This document shows, piece after piece, positions 1-7,344 of a DNA stretch of 28,583 nt (the first letter of the stretch is position 1; the number at the start of each line of letters is the position of its first letter). A program made the translations under genes and the position numbers. Origin of the DNA: Candidatus Thorarchaeota archaeon (GTDB lineage: Archaea; Asgardarchaeota; Thorarchaeia; Thorarchaeales; Thorarchaeaceae). The notes under the pieces are model-generated. The model was not told the DNA's origin and searched no databases. It worked only from the letters and a program-made list of their open reading frames with translations. The DNA is taken from NCBI GenBank assembly GCA_048882325.1, contig JBHLRS010000040.1, positions 1 to 28,583 of the forward strand, written 5' to 3'.

Positions 1-152
1 GTTGAGCCTTTCTTAGACCTGAGGGCATTCTGACACTCCTCGTGCCAGTCTATCTCACGTCCGCATCTTGTACTCGCGTCTGGAAATCACCAGCCATCAT
101 CGCTTGGCATTCGCCGACAGCATCCGGCCTGACACCGTATGACGCGAAAGCA
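1..152 (-). ncRNA. 5' portion of a putative structured stable-RNA transcript (possibly a pre-rRNA leader), truncated by the window edge
   Basis: Minus-strand BRE/TATA-like GGAAAGCTTTTTATT at 174-188 predicts a start near 151. TCGCGTC (74-80) and GACGCGA (141-147) can pair. The region is GC-rich and has no convincing ORF. Identity not recognised. Confidence 0.35.
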
Positions 153-173
153 AACCCTCCCGCGAAGAGTTCG

Positions 174-188
174 AATAAAAAGCTTTCC
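174..188 (-). promoter_or_regulatory. archaeal BRE + TATA box
   Basis: Minus strand reads GGAAAGC-TTTTTATT, a purine-rich BRE followed by an AT-rich TATA element. Confidence 0.5.
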
Positions 189-369
189 AAGGGGCGACGT
201 CTCTAGGAATAATTTGACACAAATTTCATCATTTTTAGCTTTTGCTCAAAATCTTTGTATATTCCATCAGTGTTCACCTCCGCACATCAATAAATGCATT
301 AGAGCGAACCTTCATATCTTTGACAAGAGGTGTTGGGAGGTAGGAACCAATACTTTAGGGTAGAGAGAG

Positions 370-2973
370 ATGACTGATTTTCACAAGTATCTTGAGATTC
401 TGATACGAGATGGGATACATGAAGCGGAGAGTATGCTTGCTGCAGACAGGGAGGATTTCACATTTCCCACAGCAAAACCACAATGGGCACCTCCGCGTCA
501 TTACGAAATTCAAAATCTAACTATGGATTGGAGGATAGACATCAAGGACGAGCATGTTGATGCAATATCTAAATTGAAAGTCGTAAGCATTGTTCCAGAA
601 CTAAAGAGAGTCTTTTTGCATGCAGCGGAGCTGAAGATTGAGAGTATTACTGATGAAAAGGGGAACAGGCTAACCTTTGAGATGATGCCAGATGATCAAG
701 CAATGTTTGTTGATCTGAAGTTTCCATTGGCGGACGGTGAAACCGAGGTATTGACCTTTATTTATGAAATAGATCATCCTCAGTCAGGGATCTTCTTTAC
801 AAATCCTTGTCCTGAGTTTCCAGACATTGAATCAAGTGCATGGACACAAATGCAGGATGATTACGCTCGCTATGTTGTTCCAATCTATGATAATCCAAGC
901 CATAAATTCCCAACGGAAACAATTCTGACGGTTCCTCAGGGATTCTATGCCATGAGCAATGGATACCTAAAGGAACGAAAAGTAAACGATGACAGAACAG
1001 AAACCTTTCATTGGATACAGGAGTTACCAATTCCTGCGTACCTCATGACAGTGGCGGCTTCAGAGTATGTAGAATACAAAGACGATGCGGATGGTCTTGA
1101 GGTCAGCTATTATGTTCACAAGAGGTGGGATAAAGAAACCGTCTATCGATCCTTTGGAAAGACTCCTGAAATGGTGAAGTTTTTTGAATCAAAGTTAGGT
1201 GTGAAGTACCCTTGGGCGAAATACGCACAAGTAACAGCAGCTAATTTTCTGATAGGTGGTATGGAAAACACTAGTGCAACCACACAGACAGACGGGACTC
1301 TTCATGATGAGAAAACACACAGGGACTTTGAGTCAGATGGTCTGGTGTCTCACGAACTAGCGCATTCTTGGGGCGGTGACCTAGTTACATGTCGTACATG
1401 GTCCCATGGTTGGCTAAATGAAGGGTGGGCTACTCAAATGCAGAATGAGTGGAAACGTCATGACAAAGGAGATGAGGAATACCTCTATGACCAATACGGT
1501 AAGCAGCAATCATACTTCGATGAGGACAAGAAGCGCTACCGTCGACCTATCGTGAAGAATGAATGGGAACGTGGATCAGATGTCTTTGATGCGCACCTGT
1601 ACCCAGGAGCGGCATGGAGATACTATATGCTAAAACACCTGGTTGGTGAGGCCCGATGGTGGATGATTCTTGGAGAATGGATGACTCGTTTCTCACACAA
1701 ATCTGTATACACACATGACCTTGAAAGCCTGTTTACAGAGATGACAGGAGAGGACTATGGCTGGTTCTTCCAGCAATGGCTTTACAGAGCAGGATACCCG
1801 GAGTGTAAAATCAAAGTTACACACGATGATGATTTAGGACATGCCCAGGTGAGAGTCGAACAGATTCAGAAGAGTGATGATGGGATGACTCCCGATGTTT
1901 TCAGATTTCCGTTGACTGTAGAGTTTGTAAGTGATAATGGGGAGAGAACCAGGTACACAGTTCAAGTGACAGAGAGAGTTCATGGATTCTACTATCCAAT
2001 CAAAGACAAACCCAAACAGGTGATCGTCGATCCAGATTATGCAACTCTGATGGATTGGACAATTGAGAAACCAGAGCAAATGTGGATTGATCAACTGTTA
2101 GATGGGACCAACACAATCCAGAAGATCAAGGCTGCTCAGGCTCTAGGTAAAAAAGCAACTCGCAAGGCAGTCGAAGCTCTCGGAAAAGCCCTTCTTGAGG
2201 AGGAGTTTTGGGGAACACAGGTTCAGATAGCAAAAGTGCTTGGGTCTTTGAAATCAGAAGCTGCATTAACTCAGCTACTGAAAGCAACTTCAGTAAAGAG
2301 TACAAAGGCACGCACTGCAGTTGCTAGTGCACTTGGTCAGTTTTACAAAAGCGATAATGCCTTTGATGCTCTCAAGAAACTGCTTGAAGATACTGAAAGT
2401 TATTTTGTTGTTGCAGCTGCTGCAACTGCTATTGGCCAGACCCGGCATGATGGCGCCTTTGATTTCTTATCCAAATATCTAGAGAGTTGCCCCGCTAGTT
2501 GGCATGATGTCCTCGAGATTGGATGTCTTCAGGGGCTTGCAGAAACAGAGAAAGAAGAGGTTATCGATATTGCGAAGCAATATCTCAAACTTGGAACCAG
2601 TGACTGGATTAGAAGACACATTCCAGGAATTCTTGCTAGACTCGGGAAACGCTACAAGAAAACGCATCCTGAGATTCTGTCCATTCTAGAAGGAGCCATT
2701 CAGGATAATTCATACAGAGTGAAACAATATTCCTTGCCTGCAATTTCAATATATGAGGATGCTGCACTTATTCCTGCACTCGTGAAGCTGGCTGAAACCT
2801 CTGCAGAGAGTATATTGGTCAGACGAGCACGAGTAGCAATACGAAATCTCAGTAAGAAGAAACAGCCGCAAGAGATTGATTCACTGAAAAAGAGTATCGA
2901 GGAACTACAGAAGGAAAATAGGGACCTCAAGGATCGTATAGATAAGATTGAGGCAAAACTGGAGAAAGAATAG
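370..2973 (+). CDS. M1 family zinc aminopeptidase with C-terminal HEAT repeats and coiled coil
   Basis: GGMEN motif, HELAH-x18-E zinc motif, candidate catalytic Tyr in HLYPGA, HEAT-like repeats (AAQALGK, IAKVLGSL, VASALGQF, AATAIGQ) and a heptad-rich C-terminus. Confidence 0.92.
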   Translation: MTDFHKYLEILIRDGIHEAESMLAADREDFTFPTAKPQWAPPRHYEIQNLTMDWRIDIKDEHVDAISKLKVVSIVPELKRVFLHAAELKIESITDEKGNRLTFEMMPDDQAMFVDLKFPLADGETEVLTFIYEIDHPQSGIFFTNPCPEFPDIESSAWTQMQDDYARYVVPIYDNPSHKFPTETILTVPQGFYAMSNGYLKERKVNDDRTETFHWIQELPIPAYLMTVAASEYVEYKDDADGLEVSYYVHKRWDKETVYRSFGKTPEMVKFFESKLGVKYPWAKYAQVTAANFLIGGMENTSATTQTDGTLHDEKTHRDFESDGLVSHELAHSWGGDLVTCRTWSHGWLNEGWATQMQNEWKRHDKGDEEYLYDQYGKQQSYFDEDKKRYRRPIVKNEWERGSDVFDAHLYPGAAWRYYMLKHLVGEARWWMILGEWMTRFSHKSVYTHDLESLFTEMTGEDYGWFFQQWLYRAGYPECKIKVTHDDDLGHAQVRVEQIQKSDDGMTPDVFRFPLTVEFVSDNGERTRYTVQVTERVHGFYYPIKDKPKQVIVDPDYATLMDWTIEKPEQMWIDQLLDGTNTIQKIKAAQALGKKATRKAVEALGKALLEEEFWGTQVQIAKVLGSLKSEAALTQLLKATSVKSTKARTAVASALGQFYKSDNAFDALKKLLEDTESYFVVAAAATAIGQTRHDGAFDFLSKYLESCPASWHDVLEIGCLQGLAETEKEEVIDIAKQYLKLGTSDWIRRHIPGILARLGKRYKKTHPEILSILEGAIQDNSYRVKQYSLPAISIYEDAALIPALVKLAETSAESILVRRARVAIRNLSKKKQPQEIDSLKKSIEELQKENRDLKDRIDKIEAKLEKE

Positions 2974-2983
2974 AGGAAGAGGT

Positions 2984-3067
2984 GATGGAAGGGCGGGGCG
3001 ATACCCCGCCACTCACAGCGGTTCAGGATTATTGACCGCTTCCTGCAGTTGTCGGTCGCTTCCATCC
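2984..3067 (-). ncRNA. candidate small structured RNA of unknown family
   Basis: Terminal 8-bp helix GATGGAAG/CTTCCATC, 7-bp hairpin GGCGGGG/CCCCGCC and 6-bp helix AGCGGT/ACCGCT. A minus-strand TATA (TTTATATT, 3089-3096) lies about 26 nt upstream of 3067. Confidence 0.5.
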
Positions 3068-3088
3068 AAGATAGTATAGAGAAGTTTG

Positions 3089-3096
3089 AATATAAA
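3089..3096 (-). promoter_or_regulatory. TATA box for the candidate small RNA (possibly bidirectional)
   Basis: Reads AATATAAA on + and TTTATATT on -. Spacing fits a minus-strand start at ~3067. Confidence 0.45.
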
Positions 3097-3117
3097 GTAA
3101 TGATGAACGAATTGTCA

Positions 3118-3189
3118 GGATGATTCGTCCAGTAAAACCATCCGCGAATTATGTCATAGATTCATCCAAAAGCCATAGATGATTCATCC
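3118..3189. promoter_or_regulatory. repeated palindromic operator-like sites GGATGA-T-TCATCC
   Basis: GGATGATTCGTCC (3118-3130), half site GATTCATCC (3159-3167) and AGATGATTCATCC (3177-3189), upstream of an operon encoding a wHTH protein. Confidence 0.55.
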
Positions 3190-3236
3190 ATTGATAATAA
3201 GACCAATCCTGACAAGAAAAAAGTAGGAGTCACCAA

Positions 3237-3878
3237 ATGCAACCCAGTTTACTGCCACTGATTAGATTGGACCTACTCTTTGAGGTATTCAGTGGTATAA
3301 TTGCACTCATCGTGACCATATTTGCCACCAAAGCATACAATCTGACAGGGCAGAAGAAACTCCAAGATCTCTCAACAGGATTCCTTGTCCTTTCTGCAGG
3401 GATGTTTGGGAGAGTAATAGGAACGTGGTATTTCATTGTCCAGTTTGGACTAACGGACCCCTCAGGTCTTCTGATTTTTTCGATTGTCACGATAGCATAT
3501 GGTGTTTCCAGAATAATGGCGTATGTACTCTTCGTGATAGCAACAAGACCAGCACGTCACCGAGGACCTGTCAACAATGAGGACATGAATGGTCTAGATC
3601 TACTTCTTATAGCCACCGTACTTGTGGATCCCAATTTAGAGGTCATTGCAATACTCGTCCTCATTGTGGTTGTTCTTCAAGCAGTTGTAAACTACATTTC
3701 AACACGCAGTGAGTTAGCATTCTTTGTACTACTTGGATTCTTTCTCATTCTTTTGAGTCATATACTGGTTGCTCAGACTTTTGCGAATCCTACAATGTAC
3801 CTATCAAGTCAGCTGACTCAATTCTTAGGTTTCTTGTCACTACTGGTCATGCTAGTAAGGGCAGGCAGAGTAGAATGA
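3237..3878 (+). CDS. multi-pass membrane protein (about 6-7 TM), function unknown
   Basis: Multiple hydrophobic segments, AGGAG Shine-Dalgarno upstream, ATGA overlap with the downstream wHTH gene. Confidence 0.8.
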   Translation: MQPSLLPLIRLDLLFEVFSGIIALIVTIFATKAYNLTGQKKLQDLSTGFLVLSAGMFGRVIGTWYFIVQFGLTDPSGLLIFSIVTIAYGVSRIMAYVLFVIATRPARHRGPVNNEDMNGLDLLLIATVLVDPNLEVIAILVLIVVVLQAVVNYISTRSELAFFVLLGFFLILLSHILVAQTFANPTMYLSSQLTQFLGFLSLLVMLVRAGRVE

Positions 3879-4168
3879 GTAGAAAACGGGCCTATCGCTC
3901 AAAGATGCGCATCCTAGCTGATATGATGCGTGCCATCCAGAGTGAGGGTGAGGAAGGATGTGGTCCGACTAAGATACTCTACGCCGCGAATCTCTCACAT
4001 GACCGATTGACACAGTATCTCGATGAACTGGTTGAGAAAGATCTAATTCGAGAAACGAATCCTGAGAATGACAATAGAGTATATTTCCTCACTGAGAAGG
4101 GCAGGGAGTTTCTCAGAGAGTTCATCAGAATAGAACGTTTCTCCGAGGCTTTTGGAATCGAGATCTGA
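3875..4168 (+). CDS. winged helix-turn-helix transcriptional regulator (archaeal COG3432-like)
   Basis: Pattern RSKMRILADMM...PTKILYAANLSH...YLDELVEKDLI...YFLTEKGREFL is typical of this archaeal wHTH family. Confidence 0.88.
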   Translation: MSRKRAYRSKMRILADMMRAIQSEGEEGCGPTKILYAANLSHDRLTQYLDELVEKDLIRETNPENDNRVYFLTEKGREFLREFIRIERFSEAFGIEI

Positions 4169-4183
4169 CTCACTGTAGTAGAC

Positions 4184-4194
4184 AAGGTTTTAAG
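4184..4194 (+). promoter_or_regulatory. BRE/TATA promoter of tRNA-Ala
   Basis: AAGG-TTTTAAG about 30 nt upstream of the tRNA 5' end. Confidence 0.55.
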
Positions 4195-4221
4195 AATCGT
4201 CAGGTGGTGGAATTTCTGAAT

Positions 4222-4328
4222 GGGCCGGTAGATCAGACTGGTAGATCGTCTGATTCGCATTCAGAAGGTCGCGAGTTCAATGGGTTTAGGGCTACCCTAA
4301 ATCCGAACAAATCTCGCCCGGTCCACCA
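4222..4328 (+). tRNA. tRNA-Ala(CGC) with 30-nt intron (4281-4310) at non-canonical T-loop position 58/59; CCA encoded
   Basis: Acceptor GGGCCGG/CCGGTCC with G3:U70, D-stem GATC/GATC, anticodon arm TCTGA-TT-CGC-AT-TCAGA and T-stem GCGAG/CTCGC. Removing 4281-4310 restores T-loop TTCAAAT. A BHB motif is present and the 3' end is ACCA. Confidence 0.93.
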
Positions 4329-5470
4329 CTACTCTTTCTTGGTTTGACTAGGGCCAATATCAGAAGAGCGAAGATAGTAAGTATGAGTGAGTATTGAAAC
4401 GCAATGGTTGGTGCGGTAGGGTCCCATAGATAACCAAAAGCAAGACCTGCAGGAAAAGCAGCTATACCAACAGCCATCTGAAAGGCCCCGATTATACTTG
4501 CACGTCGTTCCTCCTCAACTAGGTCTGCAACAAAACTTGTCTGTACTGGATCGAGAGCACCATTCACCAGACCAAAGAATAAGAACATGGGAATAATCAT
4601 GGATTGGACAGTTACCAGATAAACCCAAGCGGAAGTCAGTATCAGGAAAACGAACGCCATGGTCATGACCATTTTTCTACCAACTTTATCAGATAACCAC
4701 CCGAACGGATATGCAGACACAGCATAGACCACTACGAATAGTAAATAGAGGAGTGCCTGTTGTTCAACTGTGAATCCTAAGTTAGCTGAGTAAAGTATCA
4801 AGAGGGAGTAACTAAAGGTTGCTAGAGCAAAAAGAACTGATGCGACAAGGAACAGCTTCAGGTTTCTGTCAAGTCCACGAAAGCTAACCCCCTTGAAAAC
4901 ATCTTTCCCGCGTTTCTCCTTCACCAGGGCTGTCACGACAATCACTGAACCAGCGGTGGGAATTGAGGCAAGCAGGATGATTCCAGTGTATCCAATAATT
5001 TGGAAAAGGAGGAGTGTTATGATTGTCCCAAGGACAGCCCCTGCTGTGTCAAGTGCCCTTAAAATGCCAAAAGCGCTTCCTCGTTCACCTTCAGTCACGT
5101 GTCCGGCGACGATCGCATCTCGTGGTGGTCCTCGCATTTTACCTAAGCGGTCTAATGATTTCCATAGGACGATCTGGAAGAACTGGTATGCATATGTAGC
5201 TAGAATGAAGCCAAGTCGGGCAAACATCGACAGACTATATCCTAGTGTAACGAACGCCTTTCTCTTTCCGGTGCGGTCTGAGGCATAACCAGCTCCCAGC
5301 TTCGAGAGTGAGGTGATTGTCAACGCGAGACCATCAACTATCTGCACTTGACCTTGAGTCAATCCAAGCTGAGTCGTGAGAAATGTAGGCCATATCGGTG
5401 CAATCATGTCCGAGCCTGTGTCATTTAGGAATGAGGCAGCACCGAAGATTAGAGCAGGATTTTGTTCCAT
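4292..5470 (-). CDS. MFS transporter
   Basis: About 12 hydrophobic helices, motif A in both halves (GYASDRTGKRK; GWLSDKVGRK), DRLGK..R.PPRDA motif. Confidence 0.92.
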   Translation of the reverse strand: MEQNPALIFGAASFLNDTGSDMIAPIWPTFLTTQLGLTQGQVQIVDGLALTITSLSKLGAGYASDRTGKRKAFVTLGYSLSMFARLGFILATYAYQFFQIVLWKSLDRLGKMRGPPRDAIVAGHVTEGERGSAFGILRALDTAGAVLGTIITLLLFQIIGYTGIILLASIPTAGSVIVVTALVKEKRGKDVFKGVSFRGLDRNLKLFLVASVLFALATFSYSLLILYSANLGFTVEQQALLYLLFVVVYAVSAYPFGWLSDKVGRKMVMTMAFVFLILTSAWVYLVTVQSMIIPMFLFFGLVNGALDPVQTSFVADLVEEERRASIIGAFQMAVGIAAFPAGLAFGYLWDPTAPTIAFQYSLILTIFALLILALVKPRKSSGGPGEICSDLG

Positions 5471-5604
5471 CTCTTTGTCTTGGGAAGGTTCTTCGACTGT
5501 CAGCAGAGTACACCGAGATATCCAGTTTGCTCACCTGCTCTTATCTTGATTGGAAATCGAGCCCTATCCAAACTCATTTTACTGAATATAGCATAGAAGC
5601 GAAC

Positions 5605-6000
5605 ATGGTCGACATTTTGCGTAAAGAGGTCCCCTATGGATTCGATGAAACAGTAAAGAGAGTAGAGGAAGCAATGTTGAGTGAAGGATTTGGCGTCCAG
5701 CTCATAACGGGGATTCATGATATGTTCAAGCAGAAGCTTGGAATTGATGATTATCCCAAGTATACGTTTATTCTCGGCTGCACACCACACCTTGCTAAGA
5801 GGGCTCTTGAAACTTCACTTGATATGGGACTCATTTTTCCATGTAGCTTTACAGTCTATGAAGAGGAAGGAAAGGTAAAGGTAGCTCATGTTTCGATCAT
5901 GAAAATAGGTGCTGAGATTGGTCTAGCTGACAAGGAGGCAATGGCACCTCTAATCGAGGATACAGGAAAACAGGTCCGTAAAGTATGGGAGAAGATTTAG
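5605..6000 (+). CDS. DUF302 domain protein
   Basis: FDETVKRVEEA...GFGV...Y.FILGC.P..A...LIFPC...VYE pattern. Start moved to ATG 5605 because the upstream extension overlaps the MFS gene. Confidence 0.82.
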   Translation: MVDILRKEVPYGFDETVKRVEEAMLSEGFGVQLITGIHDMFKQKLGIDDYPKYTFILGCTPHLAKRALETSLDMGLIFPCSFTVYEEEGKVKVAHVSIMKIGAEIGLADKEAMAPLIEDTGKQVRKVWEKI

Positions 6001-6044
6001 GGGTTTTCGAAAGCTTCAGTAGAGAGCGTATCTTCATCAAAATC

Positions 6045-6818
6045 ATGGACGAGAAGATTCGAGATCAGTGGGATAGCAACGCTGAGGCCTTCTCAGGGCT
6101 CATTGCTGGAGAAGGAACTCCGCACCATAGAAAGATACTCAATCCCTGTGTAGAGAGGCTTCTTGGCGATGTAAAAGATAAGAAGTTCCTTGATGCTGGT
6201 TGTGGAGAAGGATACCTGGCAAGACACTATGCCAGAAAAGGAGCCATTGTTACCGGTATTGATTTGTCAAAACAGCTCATCAAAGTCGCTGAAGAGTTGA
6301 CAGAGAAAGAAGAAGTCATGATTGATTATCGTGTGGACAATGTGTGCCTTCTTGAGTCAATACCAAATGCTGAGTTTGATATTGTCCTCTCCAACCTAGT
6401 TTTACTGAATGTTCCCTGTTTGGACAAAGCTATCAAAGAGGTACACAGAGTGTTGAAAGTAGGAGGTGTTTTTGTGTTCTCGATTGTACACCCAGCATTC
6501 AACTTCTATGGACCTGGAGCATGGCAGATGGGAGAGAAAAATCCGGAAACACACAGACGAGAGGGCATCTACTTCAAAGTTGATCGCTATTTTGAGGAAA
6601 TTGAGTATGAACGATACTGGAAGACCAAACAGGGAAACCAATTCCCTGAACCAATCAGCTTCTTCCATCGGACTCTATCAACCTACCTCAACTCCCTCAC
6701 AACTGCAGGATTTCAACTAGTTGAATTCGCTGAGCCACAACCTGTTAACAATGACCAGTTCTTTGACCGGGAGCGACGGATACCCTTCTTTGCTGTGGTC
6801 AAAGCGCAGAAGATATAG
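6045..6818 (+). CDS. class I SAM-dependent methyltransferase
   Basis: FLDAGCGEG motif I, VTGIDLS, FDIVLSN, RVLKVGGVFVFSIVHP. Start placed at ATG 6045. Confidence 0.9.
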   Translation: MDEKIRDQWDSNAEAFSGLIAGEGTPHHRKILNPCVERLLGDVKDKKFLDAGCGEGYLARHYARKGAIVTGIDLSKQLIKVAEELTEKEEVMIDYRVDNVCLLESIPNAEFDIVLSNLVLLNVPCLDKAIKEVHRVLKVGGVFVFSIVHPAFNFYGPGAWQMGEKNPETHRREGIYFKVDRYFEEIEYERYWKTKQGNQFPEPISFFHRTLSTYLNSLTTAGFQLVEFAEPQPVNNDQFFDRERRIPFFAVVKAQKI

Positions 6819-6851
6819 TGAAAAATGTGCGAAACGGAGTAGGTGAATTGA

Positions 6852-7292
6852 GTGAGTGATGAAGCAGAGCCTAGATATTACCCGGTCAGACTCGTTTGGA
6901 CAGGTGGCAAGAGTGGGGACCTCATCGTTGAGGGAAAGACTACAATCAAGACAGGGGTTCCTTCTGGTAGTCCAGAGGAAACAATTTTTCACTCTCCAGA
7001 GGATCTCTTTGTAGCATCAGCCACGATGTGCTACATGAATGGATTTGTGGAGTTCACAAGAAAGATGCGGATTGAATTCAAGTCCTTTGAATGTGACTCA
7101 GTAGGGACTCTTAAAAAAGTCGGAAGAAGTTTCGAGGTCACGAAGATAGAGATGAAGGCCAAAGTTGTGATACCTTCAGAGGACATCCGTAAGAGGATTG
7201 ACCGCGCTCTTGATCTCGCTGCGAAATATTGCTTCATTGCTAACTCTATGAAGAATGAAGTCACACATGAAACTCGAGTTCTTGTTGAATGA
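6852..7292 (+). CDS. OsmC/Ohr family protein
   Basis: SPEDLFVASATMC and KYCFIANS two-Cys motifs; GTG start with AGGTGA SD. Confidence 0.88.
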   Translation: MSDEAEPRYYPVRLVWTGGKSGDLIVEGKTTIKTGVPSGSPEETIFHSPEDLFVASATMCYMNGFVEFTRKMRIEFKSFECDSVGTLKKVGRSFEVTKIEMKAKVVIPSEDIRKRIDRALDLAAKYCFIANSMKNEVTHETRVLVE

Positions 7293-7344
7293 CACAACCA
7301 AATGCTTTTTCCAATGAGTGAGTCAGCAAATCACAGTGTTAGAG

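Noticed and set aside
139-363. 74-aa ORF at the left end
   Set aside because: No recognisable motif; it spans a divergent promoter region.
2984-3067. Structured element as tRNA-Sec/Pyl, SECIS, FMN riboswitch or simple terminator
   Set aside because: No UCA or CUA anticodon loop, no TTCRA loop, no in-frame TGA in the upstream gene, only a superficial FMN-like GGGCGGGGCGA stretch, and no U-tract after the hairpin on the + strand.
3118-3190. Short repeats as a mini-CRISPR array
   Set aside because: Repeats are only 9-13 bp with irregular spacing, and there are no cas genes.
3100-3212. Box C/D sRNA (ATGATGA at 3100, CTGA at 3209)
   Set aside because: The span is about twice that of typical archaeal C/D guides and there are no clear C'/D' boxes.
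5398-5604. N-terminal extension of the DUF302 ORF
   Set aside because: It overlaps the divergent MFS start; the domain begins at ATG 5605.
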